Source: Lama guanicoe
Lineage: Eukaryota
Length of the DNA stretch: 64,000 bases
Reading direction: 5' to 3'
Assembly (NCBI GenBank): GCA_013239625.1
Contig: MU053934.1
Coordinates: forward strand, 11,137,003 to 11,201,002
Positions 12,850 to 26,019 of this stretch are shown here, piece after piece. Below the pieces are notes generated by a model. That model saw nothing but the letters and a program-made list of their open reading frames with translations, had not been told where the DNA came from and did no database searches. Every line of letters begins with the position of its first letter. Position 1 is the first letter of the stretch. The translations under genes were made by a program, and so were the position numbers.

Positions 12850-13735
12850 TCCCCCACATCGTTGTGTAAAGTTGCTTCTGGAGCGGGTCCCACTGTGCGG
12901 CTGTGTCGACATGTGCAAACCCATCCTGTTGTTGGGCAGCTGCCGGCCGGGGGCCAGCAGAAGCCCATCCAGGAGTACTCCCGTGCGTGGCTCTGGGTGA
13001 GCCCGTGTCCACGCGTCCCCGGGGTCCACACCTGGGAATGAAGCAGCTGGATCACAGAACGTGCTCAGCGGGGGCTCCCGATGACATTACCAAGTGCTTC
13101 CCCAAAGGCACTGCGACGCGCACGTCCGCTAGCGGCAGGGAAGGGACGGCCTGCTCTGAATCCTCTCCACCTGCCGGGCCTTGGGGTTCCCCCCCATTCT
13201 GGGGCGTGGACGGTGAGCGCTCACTGGAGCTGCAGAGGCCGCCTGGAAGTCCAGTTTTTGTGAGGTGCTTAGTCAAACACTCTGCCTCGTTTTCTGTCTT
13301 TTATTGGACTGTCTTTTACTCCTTGCTAATTTGGAGTTCTTTCCGTACTGTGGACAGGAGTCCTGTGTGGGACGTGTGTTGTGAATATCTCCTCCCCCTC
13401 CACCAGCTGCCTTCTCACTCCCTTCATGGTATTTCCTGATAAACAGAGGTTCTTAATTTCAGTAGCATCCAGTTCATCCGCTTTCCCAGCTCAGGTCCTG
13501 GTTAAGAAATCTTGCCTAGACTAAGGCGATGAGCGACACTTCCGTGCTTCCTTCTAAAAGCGCCCCTGTTCTCACATTCAGACTCGTAATCCACTTGAAA
13601 TTGATTTTTATGTAAGGCAGAGTGTAAGGATCAAGATAATTTTTTCCTGTACAGCCATCCAATTGATTCCACCCCGTCTACAGGAGCGACTGCCCTTTCT
13701 TCCCTGTACTGCAGTGCGGGCGACGTCTCGAATCA
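12850..13735 (-). mobile_element. Old L1 (L1M) ORF2 3' fragment
   Basis: Antisense L1 motifs TTGTGAATATCTCCTCCC, GTTAAGAAATCTTGCCTA, ATCCACTTGAAATTGATTTTTATGTAAGG, ATCCAATTGATTCCA. Confidence 0.75.
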
Positions 13736-13739
13736 TTTG

Positions 13740-14330
13740 TTCGAAATGAAGCTCCAGCTTATTCACCAGGCTTCCCATCACTGCCCTCTTTTTTGTTCTA
13801 GGAGCCAGTCCAGGGTCCCTCAGGAAGCTCGCTGCCCGCCCTCCCGGTCTCCTCTGTCAGCCACAGTCTCAGTGCCTTTCCTCGTTGTTTGTGACCTTGG
13901 AAGTCTTGAGGGGTTTCGGCCGTGTATCTTGCAGAATGTCCTTGAAGCTGAGTGTTTCTGTTGCCTCCTCATAATCACTCAGATGAGCTGACGGACTTCT
14001 AGAAACAGTAACGCAGGGAGGAGGGGCCCCTCTCCACACGTCGCGCCGGGGGCCTGTGACCCCACGTGCCCTGCCGGTGGCGACGCTGACCTCCAGCACA
14101 GGGTGATGCTGGCACTTACCGGGTCTCTCCACTGCCCAGTTACTGTTTTTCCTTTCTCAGTCTTTTCTTTGGAAGCCAGTCCCTGAGCCCAGCCCACTCA
14201 TGGGGGAGAATCTCCACCTCCCAGAAGGAGGACCATCGGCATAGTGTTTAGAACTATTCGACAGCAAAGATTTGTCTCTTATCTCCCATTTGTTATGTAT
14301 TCAGTCATTCATTTATATCCATGTGACTCT
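13740..14330 (-). mobile_element. L1MC-type 3'UTR fragment
   Basis: GTGACCTTGGAAGTCTTGAGG...TTGCAGAATGTCC is the reverse-complement counterpart of the 3'UTR at 26400-26560. Confidence 0.7.
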
Positions 14331-14394
14331 TCCAGATTTTTTTCTACATTGTCGCATCTTTTTAAAAAATTCAGTACTAGAGGCAGAATTGATG

Positions 14395-17030
14395 TTCGCT
14401 TCTGACAGAGATGCAGTAAAAGGGGTCAGATTTAGCTTCTTGCCTGAAACAACAAAGCCAGACAAAATACATGAAAAATTAAAAATAAGTATGGCTTTCA
14501 AGACACTGGACATCAGGCAACGAAGAGCAGGGACCCCTTAGAGATGGAAGACCAGCAAGGCGATCCTTCCAGCTGCTCCAGCCGACTGCCTGGAGAGCTT
14601 CCTGCCACAGTACAAAGAAGGGAAGCCCTGGGGAGCCTGGCAGGTGCTGTGAGCGGAGCTGACAGGGCCAAGAGTCTAAGCTGGCCAAAGCTGCTGGCAT
14701 TTGTAGGACAAAGCATTTAAGAGAGTGACTCAGGAGCAGAATATTGATCAGTGCCTGCAGGTGAGGAAAGTACTTAAGGTCAGGAAAGAATGACAGCCCC
14801 CCCAAAAGAAAGCAATGAGCAGAACAACCCAGACACACACATTACCTGTTCCCGGCAGTTCTGCTACAAACCTCCTAATTTATGGGGCATTAGATAGATT
14901 ACTCAGAAAGGTCTGCCCCAGTAACAGGGGAAAGTCGCCCTCGCTCAGTGTTGCTCTGGTCCTGCCTCATAAATGTGGGAAAAAATTCCTGAAGGAATAA
15001 AACTGTTTCCAAGTAACATAACTGCATGTCAGGAATTGTTCTCATGAACATTTTAAGAATGGAAAAATATTCGACACTCAACAAGGTAAAATTAATAATG
15101 CCCGGCATCTAGTCAAAAATCACCAGGCACACAAAGCAGCAGGAATTTCAGCCCCAAACAAAGGAAGAAATCAACCCATAACAAACACTGGCATTAGGGT
15201 TCGCGGGAAAGGACTTGAAAGTAGTCATTGTAACTGCAGCTCACAGCTCAAAGCACAAAAGATTAAATATGTTAAGTAGAGACACAAAAGATATTAAAAA
15301 GACCCAAATCGAATATGTAGAGATGAAAACGACTGTGTACGAGGTGCAAAATGCATGGCATGGGATGAATGGCAAATTTGATTTTGCAGAAGAAAATATT
15401 AGAGAACTTGAAAGTATAACAACAGAAACTACCTAAATTGAAATGTATAGAGAAAAAGACACAAAAATTAACAGAGCATCAGTGGGCTATAGGAGAACTT
15501 CCAGCAGCCTCATATGTGTGTACTCGGGGTCCCCAGAGACACAGGAGAAACAGGAAAGCATATCTGAAAAAAATAATGGTAGAAATTTCTGCAAATTTCG
15601 TAGAAACTATGAACTCACCGCTCCAAGAAGCTCAGTGAAACCCAAGGTAAAGAAATAGGAGGAAATCCACAAGATGCATTCTCATAAAGTTGCTCACAAC
15701 TGTTGGTAAAGAAAAAAATCTTAAAAGCAGCCAGATAAAAGTCATATTATACCCAGAAGAACAAAAATAAAGGTAACAGCAGATTCATCACCAGAGCAAT
15801 TGTCCAAGCAGGACGTCTGGAGGCCAACACCTCCAAAGTGATAAAAGGAAAACAAAGTGTAGTTCTTGATTTCTATATCAAGTGGAGATAGCTTTCAAAA
15901 ATAAAGACAAAATATTTCCTTTCTGACATTCAATAGCTGAAAGAATTCATCACCATAAAATGAATTTATAAAAAGCTCCTTCACTAGTGAGTTCAGCAAG
16001 GTTGCAAAATACAAGATGTACACACAAAGTGAATTGCATTTCTCTAGACTAGCAGGGACGATTGGAAGTTGAAGCTTTAAAATGCCATTTACAAAAGCAT
16101 CAAAAATATAAGATACATGGGAATAACAACATATGGGAGATCCTGTACTCTGAAAACTAGAAAATTCTGGTTCAAGAGATCAAAGCAACCTGAAGAAATG
16201 GAAAGACACACACTGGCGATGACTGAAGACTATCGCAGTAAAGGTACTAACTCTCCAAAATGATCCATGGGTTTACAGGCAGTTACTATCAATTACCAGC
16301 AGGAATTTTTGTGGCCAGTTCTAAAATTGACAGAAGAAAGCCAAGGGGCTGGAACACCTAGACAGTTCCAAAGGGAAGGCTGCAGTTACAGGACCCGCAC
16401 TGCCTGGTCTCAGGACGTCAAGAATGACTCCGCAGCTGCAGGAATGGAGACGGTGCTCTGCTCACAGGAAGACGCTCAAATAGCCCCGTGGGGCAGGAGA
16501 GAGCCCAGAGTCAGCCCCTTATGCAGATGAGCTACTGCTTTGTTTGGGGTTTTTTGGACAAAGGTGCAAAGAAGGTGCAGTGAAGAAAGGAGAGGCTTTT
16601 TTATTTTAACTGTACTGAAATGTACATTCTTTCAAGATTAAAAATGTCAGAATCAATGACAGAACACAAATAACAGAGAAGTACATACTTTTCAATATAC
16701 ACGGTCAACACAGGGTTGTCCCTTAATTTACAATAATCATGTGTACAAACCAAGAGTCCCAGACGGACAAGCCAGGAGGGAACCAAAGAGCCAAAACACG
16801 TTTTTCAGATAAAAGAAACACAAGTGCCCACTGAACACGTGAAAAGATGCTCCGCATTACTCGTAATTGATGGAATTCAAAGAAAAGTAGAGGGAAGACC
16901 CAGCACTTTTCACCCATCTGATTGCAGGTCCCAGAAGTGCTCACACCCCAGGGCGGAAAGTGCATTAAGCTGGGGGCGCCCGGGAGGACACGGGTCCGTG
17001 CAGACAGCTCGCGTGGCCGAGCAACGCTGG
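14395..17030 (+). mobile_element. Old L1 (L1M) with 5'UTR, ORF1 remnant and internally deleted ORF2
   Basis: 5'UTR-like TTCAAGACACTGGACATCAGGCAA; ORF1 remnants (EMKTTVYEVQNAWHGMNGKFDFAEENIRELE; AAAATCTTAAAAGCAGCCAGA); ORF2 GAGTTCAGCAAGGTTGCAAAATACAAGAT; A-rich strand bias. Confidence 0.82.
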
Positions 17031-17479
17031 CCCTGAAGAAGGACCCCTCAGGGAAAGGAAATTAAGCACAAACTGGAATGTCAGAGCAGATTGCTTTAAA
17101 GTTCAGTTTGGGTTTAAGAGTATGTGTAAGCTATGAATATAATTTTACATTTTGCAAAATGAAGTCTATAAGACAGCTGCGTCCTCACTTTCCAAAGGAA
17201 CAATGAAGATTCAAGTGTTTTTCTAGGCAGAACACCTAAGGGTTTACCGAGAAGACTTGCCCTTTCTAGCGACACCCAAGGCTGCGTCAGTTTCCCCAGG
17301 ACCCCTTGACTGCGGATCTCGGCTCCCTCCGTGCCTCCGGGGGGCGAACGTGCTTCTTCCCCGACAGCTGAGTCTTCCACGTTCTCAGCTGTCGCTGGAG
17401 TCCCGTTCTCCAAGGTCACTCCGTCAGCCTCACCGAACCCTGCCTCTTAAGAGACCGGAAGCGTCACTTCCCATGTGAT

Positions 17480-20110
17480 TTGCACACTCCTTTCTTTAGA
17501 AGCTGCATCTCCTTTTCAAGCTCTGATGTTTTGTCTGTGCATTTGGCTTTTTGTTTTAGTGACGATGTTTTTCATTTCTAGCGCTTAATTGGTTTTTCAT
17601 TTGTTTACTAAGCTGTTCTTCTTTAATAGTGTCTGTTCTCGACCCATGTTTTATATTCCCTCTTCCACTTAAACCCACGACACGTACGCACTTGTGTTAC
17701 CAGTGCGCACACCTGCCAGACCCAAGCCTGCGGCCTCTGTGGGATGGCGCTGTTGCTCTGTGCTTCCCTGTCTGGAGGTTTCTGGGTCTTTGCATGTTTT
17801 TGGTGTTTTCAGTGGGTTCGCTGGGCAGACCCTGAGGTTGAGTTTGTAAGTATAAAGTACAGGGACTGTTGCATTTTCTTTAGCCAGGACCTTTGCGTGA
17901 ACCTGGGACCATGTTTAAAAACAAAGTATCAGCTACAGTGTTGCAGGACCTCACAGAAAACGCACATTCAGGCCATAAACTTTGTGCAGATTTTCACGAT
18001 ATGGATTTTCAAAGGAATCTACACCTTCCCTCTGCCCAGAGCCAGACTTGGTAAGACAAGTGTCTGCACCTGCTCTTCTGCAGGGAAAATTTATCTCCGG
18101 CTTCCTTCTTCTCTGAGCTGGTAGCTCTTCGAGTCTCCCAACCACAGGCAAGGACTCTCATTTGTCCCCCATCTTGGGTCTTGTGTCCTGAGCTCTGGTC
18201 CAGCACACAAACTCCACGTTGCCACTACCAGTAGATCCTTAAACAGGCAGCCGATGTCTTTAGAGCCTGGCTTTGCACTTTTATTTTTTATTTCTGAAGA
18301 TTTTTATTGCTATCTTTGAGTAGAGACAAGCATTTAAAAGCACGTGTTTTGTACTTTCTCCCCCATTCTGAGGGCTATTATAACAGGATAGTTCATCGGC
18401 TACAGTGTGATCAAGAGATCTTCTAAAAGAGTTTAAATTTTGCCTTTGAATATTTAGCATTCAATCCATCCAGATATTATCTCTGAGTACAATATGAAAT
18501 CATGGTACTTTTCTCCATATTGATAAGTAATTGTCCATATGTTGAAAAAAGTCTACCTTGTTCTCACTGAGGCTGTATGAGGGCTACTGTGTATTGACTC
18601 CATGTATCTTGAGCCTGTCCTGGGCTATTTCCTCCCATTGGCTTTTTTGCCTGTCATGGTGTCAATCTCAACACATCACTTCAATTCTATAACTTCTTAA
18701 TATGTCCTCATACGTGGGCGGACAAGCCCTGCATCTTTTTCTTCACAATTAACTCAATTACTATCTGTCTTCCATTACGTGATAACAAACTCGTCGTGCT
18801 CCATGAAAAACACTACTGGAATTTTGACTAAAATTACATTAAATTTAAAGACCAATTTAAGGAGAATTGACTCATTTACACTACTAAAATGTTATATTCA
18901 TAAACTTATCTAGCCATTGTTTCAGATCTATATTTATAACCATTTAAGTTTGCAATCTTTGTAGAAGACTGGTAAATTGTCGTCAACTTACCATATTTTG
19001 AGGGAAGATAAATGGGAACTTCTCCAGTTACATTTTCTATCTTTTATTGTTTTGGAAGGCAAGAGACCTTTTGTAAAGTTATATATCCAAGAACTTTCTT
19101 GGTAGTTTTATTTATCTGGTTGTTTTGTTTCTTTGATGTATACAATCATGTCTTCTGCAAATAAATATAATTGTATCATTTTTGTCATTTCTGAATTCAA
19201 GTTTTTTCTTGTCTTATTGCATTGGCCCGAATTCGGTGAAAATTTGAAAAGAAGCAGTGAGAGCTGGCTCCTAGTCTTGTTCCTGGCTTCAAAAAGAATG
19301 CTTTTTAAATATGGTCACTAAGTATGATTCTTGTTTATATTTCTGGCAGATGTCCTTCAGGCGAAGAAGTTACTTTTGATTCTGAGTTGGCAAATCATTT
19401 TTATTCTTAATGAACATTGACTTTTTCAGTATCTTTTTCTGAGTCTCTTGTGATGTTTTTTCAGACTTTAATCTCTTAAAGCAGGGCAGTAGTCACTGTG
19501 GGAATTTCTGAGGTACTGAGACGTCTCCCTAAAAGTTGTCGCGAGCTCTCCTTCAGCCTCCACTCGCTGACCGTCTGCAGCTCTGATGCTGATGGCGCTT
19601 TTAAGAATCATTCCACGAGTTCTTAACCATCAGCTTTGAGATTTCTGCACCGTGGTCGCAGTTAGAAATGAAGAACTTACTGCCCCGCGTCTAAGCTGAA
19701 ACTGAAAAGGGCGCCTGTCGGCGCGTGGGCGCGTTTCACTCATTTCGGACGCTTTCCTCCTGCGGCCTCCCAGCTCCCCGCTTCTCGTTCTGACTGCGTT
19801 CAGGCAGCTGCGGTTCACCACGGCTTGCTTTTTCACGGAGTTTATTTTAATGACTCCCTTTGAATTAATATTTAAGATCTCCAAATAGTTGTTTTCCACA
19901 CACAAGAAATACGTTTTGTGGCATTTTGTCTCTTTTCTTTTGGTTTTTTATTCATGTGTGATTGGACTTTCACCTTCGATATCTCTTTAAACACCTTCAA
20001 TGTACTTAGTTTGAAGCCTCTGTTTGTCTTTATACAAAAGCCTGGGTGATTTCCACCTGGAGTCCATTTCCACTGAGGGAGTTTATTTTCTCGGTTATAT
20101 TGCTCAGTTA
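17480..20110 (-). mobile_element. Cluster of ancient antisense L1/HAL1-like fragments
   Basis: T-rich strand; ORF2-like antisense motifs TACAATCATGTCTTCTGCAAATA, TCTTATTGCATTGGC, CAATTTAAGGAGAATTGAC, clearest at 18420-19480. Confidence 0.6.
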
Positions 20111-21901
20111 TACTTTCGTGGCCCTTTCTCAGTTACGACGTCCAAGGCAGATCTGAGTGGGAGGAGGGTGGGCTGTCTCCCTTTGCTTCTGTGTCTCCTC
20201 CTCCTTCCCTGCCTCCTTCTCCTGGGCGCCCTGCCTCGTCTGAGCACCGTGCTCCCCTACACCTGTGGTGCATCCAGATCCAGGCCTTTCACAGGGTTCC
20301 CAGGCTGTGCTCCAGGGATGCAGGAGACACTGCCAGCCCCCCTGCCATGCTAGTGGGGACCGGGCTCCGACCCCAGTCCCACGGTTATGTCTGTTTCCTC
20401 TCATCTCCCCAGGCCTGTGGCTCCCCTCAAACTACAGCCCCTGCATTTTCCAGAAAGTTGTTTCCAGTCTTAGCTCATGGGGCTCCTCCCCACCCACCCC
20501 TTGGCTGCAGCCTGGCCCACGTCTCCCCTCTGAGATTCTGGTCACCATCGCTGGGCAGGTGTCAATCTTGTCTGCCCTGGGTGGCCCTGGGGACCGGTGG
20601 CCCTCGTTCACCCACTCAGCCGTCACACCTCCCCTCCTCCCCCGACGTGGAGCCCATATAGGTGGCTTTCCCGGTTCCCGAGCCTGACGCTGTCTTTGTG
20701 TTTAAAGGGAGTTGCTGAGACGTGAACCGTGCTGTCCTGACAGGAAATCCCTGTGACTGCTTTTAAGAGATAGGATTTCAAATCTTTATATTTTTGTCTT
20801 TGATTCAAAATTTTTCAAGCAAGAACACATTGTAAAGACTATAAAGCAAAGATAAAGAAGGTTATTTTGTAGAATAAAGTAGAAAAATAATACAGAATTA
20901 GTAAGGAATTAATGTGTAATAGGTAAGAAATATACACATATATGACAGACGGAAAGAGAACTCAGAAAAATAAAGACAATTCGCGGGGGCTGTAGGATTC
21001 TGGGTGAGTTTCTTCGAGGGCAGCGGGTCAGGCCTCACCCCCTCCACCTCTCATGCACCCAGAGGACCAGGGCGGGTGCCAGGCCTGCTGGTCGACCCCC
21101 TGCGGCATTTCCCTCAGGCTGCCGGCTGTGCGCTGCGGGGCCTGGGGGCTGAGACACGCACCCTGCCAGGCCCACCAGAGCCCCTGCCCCCCCCCCCCCT
21201 AGGTCCCTCGAGGACGGCTCTGCAGCTCCTGGTTCACGGTCCTGCTCTGCTTCTGTGGCCACATTGGTTGGTTCCTTTAAGTCAAGGGCCAGCTGATAGG
21301 TTTCAGGCGTGGGCGCCCCCAGCGCCCCGGGCGAGGAGCCGGCCCGCTAGGCCGCATGGTCCTCACCCACCTCTTCTCTATGACTTAAGCACTGAAAACT
21401 ATTGGTTTTATTTTCTTAAGGTAGATTCTTACCTTGGGTATCAAATGTTAATATATGCCAAGGAATTTTTTAAATTTCTTTTAACTCAGCAATGGAGTGA
21501 TCATTCCTACTAGAAATTCAGGGGCTGGGGACAGACTTACCCTCGGATGAGGGTGATGCACCGGAGAAGCTCTGGGGCTCCCAGACGCCGTGTAGGGGTC
21601 ACTGTCTTGTTCCAGCTTCAACGTGCCTCCCCCACGAGCCGGATGGGCCAGCCGGGCACTCAGATCTGTGCATCTTACATCAGATAGTCACCTTCCTTGC
21701 TCACGGTGATGGAGCCCGGGCTGTGCACATGCCTGGGTGACGAAGGGCATCTAACCTATTAGGCCCTGTGAGGACGTCCTCGCGACCAGTTGTTGAGAGA
21801 GAAAAACTGAACTCAGAAAAGTGAGGAAATTTCCCTGAGTTTCTACTGCTAATGGTGGAAACCACAGGGAGTCTGGTGGTGGGCAGGGGGGTGGGGTGTG
21901 C

Positions 21902-21912
21902 NNNNNNNNNNN
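21902..21912. other. Assembly gap (11 N)
   Basis: N run within a G-rich tract. Confidence 0.99.
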
Positions 21913-22099
21913 GGAGGCGAGCAGGTGGAGGGGGTGTGTGGTGGGGAGGCAGCCTTGGGGGGGACCTGGACAAGATGGCCCCGCTAGGGTTTCGACACAG
22001 TCGGGGGGTCAATAAACTGGCCACAGTCTGGAAAGAGCAGATGGAGAAAATCTACTGCAGACAAAAATGTCTGAGTGGATTGGACAGAGCCCTGGCCTC

Positions 22100-22440
22100 A
22101 TCCCAGACCTGTGCCGGGGACCCTGTTTGGAAGAAGGATCCTTGTAGCTGGAACTAGGGATCCCGAGATGCGATCACCCGGACCCCCCAGGGGCCCTAAA
22201 TCCAATGACAAGTGTCCGTATGAAATACTAGGAGACAGGAGAGGAGACGCAGACTCAGAGCAGGGGCCATGCGACTCAAAGGCTGTGATGGATGATGCAG
22301 CCACAAGCCAAGGGGGACCCCCGCTGGAGCCTCCGGAGGGAGGTGGGCCCCGCAGGCACCTTGATTTAGGACTTCAGGCTCCAGGACTGTGAAGAAACAG
22401 ATTTCTGGGAGTGGATCAGGGCCAGTGCACACAGCAGCCC
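22100..22440 (+). mobile_element. MLT1 (MaLR) LTR remnant
   Basis: GGGCCCTAAATCCAATGACAAGTGTCC, GATGCAGCCACAAGCCAAGG, CTCCAGGACTGTGAAGAAACAGATTTCTG. Confidence 0.8.
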
Positions 22441-23559
22441 CCGGGGAGGTCTCGTCCAGCTCTGCACGCGCTGGCCGCTGGGCCTGGATGCTCAGACACA
22501 ACCGTCCAGAGGCCCTGCTAGCTGTCACATGCTGTGTCCCCACATGGGATTGGAAGCAGCTGGAGGAAAGGACCTGAGAAGGAAGTAGTTGATTTGAATC
22601 TAAGGAAACATGGCAGCCCCTTCTGGATGGAGAAGGGAGCCCGGTGCCTGGCCCAGGCCCGCCGAGGGCCAGGGGGCGGCTTCCCAGGCTGCTGGGCCTC
22701 AGGCTCCATCTGCGGGGGGAGCAGGCTGCCCTCCCTGGACGTGGCGGGGGACCCACACCTTCAGGGTCAGCCAGTCCCGGGGCTGTGGGGCCCCCAGGGA
22801 GGCTGGCTCACAACTCCTGAGCCACTGACCACACGCTGACCTCGCTCCAACCCCGCAAGCTCACGAATTGCTTTACTGAATGAGATCAGCAAAGCCTTTT
22901 TTTTATTAAGACTTTGATTAAGAAGCTGTTCTCTTAGGGCAACTTCTAAGGGCCCAGTGAGCAATGAAGGAGTCTGTCCTCACTCACAAAGGAAGCGGGC
23001 TGCGGGGAGAATTCTCTACAATTTATTCACACCACAAAAACCTAATGAGCATTAGTAAATTCCTTTTTAGGGTAAGGAAAGAAAAAGATGCGAATAGTGA
23101 TTTAATAAGGGATTTTGCTCTCAACGCTGTTTTCCGCCGTAACAAAGGGGACGGTCCTTGTCATTCAGAAAGCAGTTGGACAGAGCAGAGAAGGTTCTAT
23201 AAACAGCCATTAGCATCCTAATTACACAATAATTCAAAAGACAGCTCCCCTGAAAAAGAACTTCAGCCCATAAATCTCTTGGTTTCAAAGTCCAAGAAGT
23301 GAAACTGCCTCCCAAGCCTATGCTCCAGGCCGGGCGGGAGAGAGCGGTCCTCACGGTGCGAGGCTGGGCGGGATGAGGTCCAGCTGTGGGAGCCACCACT
23401 TGCCCCGGCGGGAGGGCTCCGGGCTGTGCCCAGGGCAGTGCCAGCAGGAGCGGAGGCCTGGGGAGGAGCGGACAGGGAGCGTGGGATGTTGGCCTGGCTT
23501 CTCCAAGCTTGGACCTACCCCCTCGCTAGGTCTGGAAGCCGCGACTCTCATGGGGGGTT

Positions 23560-24061
23560 TGAGACAGGAGGGAGGGGGCAGGACACAGCCATTCAAGGAA
23601 TGACACAACCATTAGCACCAAGATGGCGGGAAAGTCAACTCCCAACAGACCAGGAGGCCCACGATGGCGGAGGTTGGCCTTCCAGTGGACTTCGAGCTTC
23701 AGGGTACCTACTGTGAGCGACACACCCACAAGCATGTGACAGTTCGAGTCTGACGTGAGAGGTCAAAGAATGGGTGGCGCCCGCCCCTGGGAGTCCCCGC
23801 CCCTCCCCCCAAGGCGGATTAATCCTCTCACGCGTCAGCTATAAGAACTAGTAGCTCAGAGCCGGCCTCTCTCGGGCCTTCTGGGGTGGCTTATGCTCCG
23901 CCTATGGGGTGTGTATCTCTGAGAAAACCTACTTTTACTCAACCACGGCTCGTTCTTGAATTCTTTCCTACATGAAGCCAAGGACCCTCACTCGTCGGGC
24001 AGGGGCTCAGCAGAGACCAGGGGCGCGGCCCTCCTCCCGCACCCCACCTTTTCCTGCATCC
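23560..24061 (+). mobile_element. ERV1-like solo LTR
   Basis: Starts TGAGACAGGA (like the 24942 LTR); GC boxes, TATAAGA near 23840, U5-like GGCTCGTTCTTGAATTCTTTCCTACATGAAGCCAAGGACCC. 3' end and TSD not clean. Confidence 0.65.
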
Positions 24062-24941
24062 GTTGGAATCTTTCACGGAAAGTGGACAACGTCATCTGAA
24101 AGGGAAGCTGAACAGACAGAAAGGACGGCGCGCCTTCCTGGCCGGGTCTGGCTTTGGAGACCGAAGGCTGCCCCACACCCTCTGTGGCCCCTCCACCCGC
24201 CCACCCTGGGCTCCGGGGGAGGCGCTCCGCGGGCAGGGCCTCTCCACCGCCCCGAGCGTGTGCCCCACACATGAGGAGGTGCCTGTGAACAGGTTCTTTC
24301 CTGGTAATTCATGCAGCAGCCCTGGAACGGCTGGTACAGGAGCTGACCCCTGGCTCCAGGCTTGGCGGGAGTCCCACCAACTTTGTTGTTAGGGGATGGA
24401 CTGGTCACTCCCAAACACACGGGCGAGGACAAGGGGGCAGCTCCCTGGGGAGCCAGCAGCTGGGCGGTGCTGTCAGACGTAGGGGACCAGGACTGGGCAG
24501 CAGCCGGCCGGACGCCCACCTCAGGGTGAAAGAGGCCTCCGAGAGGCGCACAGAGCTGTGACTGCGGATTTTCCTTCAAGTAGACTCTCAGGGAAGCTCG
24601 TGGCTCAATGCAAACAGTAGCTGGCCCTGAGGATGGGAGGGTGGGCCCCTCGGCCCCTCAAACATTAAGCTGGAGTCCATCTTCCACCTCTTTGGAGGCC
24701 GAGGCCCGTCCCTGACCCCCAGGGCCTCGAGAAACAGGGTGAAACCGGAAATGCTCCCCTCCCCCCAGCATAACACAAATGAGCTGCGACAGAGGGGAGG
24801 GCCCCCCAGTCAGCGACACGGGTCCCAGAGAGTCTCGCAGGAGGGCCACCTCCAGAGAAGCTGGCTGGGACGGTCCCCCAGCTCAGACCTGAGCTGCAGC
24901 TGAGGGTCTGGAGTTGAGGGTGGAACGGGGTCTCTTTCTAT

Positions 24942-25384
24942 TGAGGCAGGAAGCCCCATGATAAAGACCGGCGGGGCCCCCAGGCAGGGCCACTACTCTC
25001 CTGCCAGCACCACCTGGTTCCCTGGCCCAGCGGCTTTATCTCGCTTTTTGCCTCTGAAATGGCTAACTTCTAGGAAAGTGGGACTTACCCCTAAGATCCT
25101 ATTGGTTCCCTGAGCTAATTCCTGATTGGCCCATTTCTACAAAGCTTGTTCCTAATTAGTCAACTTCTGTTACACCTTATTTGCATAGGATGTTGCAAAG
25201 TGTAGACTGGCAGCCTATAAAAGCCTGTGCAAACCTACAGACGGGGTCCAGAGCTGGGAGTGTTAACTCCTCTGGGCCCGCTGGCTTAATAAACCGAGTT
25301 CTCCAGCTCTCCGAGTGCTGCTGGGTCTCTCGCCCAGATCCAGGCTGCCGTCACAACTGAGCTGTCGCACACTTTGCTGCAACA
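24942..25384 (+). mobile_element. ERV1-like solo LTR with perfect 4-bp TSD (CTAT)
   Basis: TG...CA termini; CTAT at 24938-24941 and 25385-25388; TATAAAA 25216-25222; AATAAA 25288-25293. Confidence 0.88.
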
Positions 25385-25404
25385 CTATCGTGTCAAAAGA
25401 AAAC

Positions 25405-25915
25405 AGTCACCAACCTATTCTTTCTTCCTGTGAGTTTGCTTCTTCTCAGGCTCTGCGTGAGTGAGATCACACAGTGTCCATCGTTGTCTGACTCAGTTCA
25501 CCTAGCGTCACACCCTCCAGGTCCAGCCACGTTGCAAATGGCAGGACTTCCTCCCTTCTTGCGGCCAAATCATATCCCATTGTGTATATACAGACACCAC
25601 GTCTTCTTTGTCCGCCCACCCACGGGCGGGCACTTCGGCCGACTTCCCGTCTTGACTACTGTGAATTACGCTGCAGGGAACATGGGGGTGCAGGTGTCTC
25701 CTTCAGGTACTGATTTCAATTCCTCTGGATAAGTACCCAGAAGTGGGATTGCTGGACCGCGTGGTAGTTCTATTTTTAACTTTTTGATGAACCTCCATAT
25801 TAACTAATTCCCCTGATCATCATTTTGCAATACACGTGTGTATAAAACCACTGCATTGCATACCTTAATCTCACGCAGTGTCGTATGCCTGTTACGTCGC
25901 AGCAGGCCGGGAAAA
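25405..25915. mobile_element. L1 3' fragment with inverted 5' part (minus 25405-25800, plus 25801-25915)
   Basis: Antisense ACCCAGAAGTGGGATTGCTGGA...GTAGTTCTATTTTTAA followed by a sense L1MA-type terminus ATCATTTTGCAATACAC...TGCATACCTTAA. Confidence 0.75.
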
Positions 25916-26019
25916 GCCCGGCGGAAACACAATTCCACCTACAGTAGCCCAGCTGTGACTCTTCTGGGGCTGCTCTGACACTGGGTACCCTCCCAGGTCG
26001 TCTTCCGCTAATCACAGCC

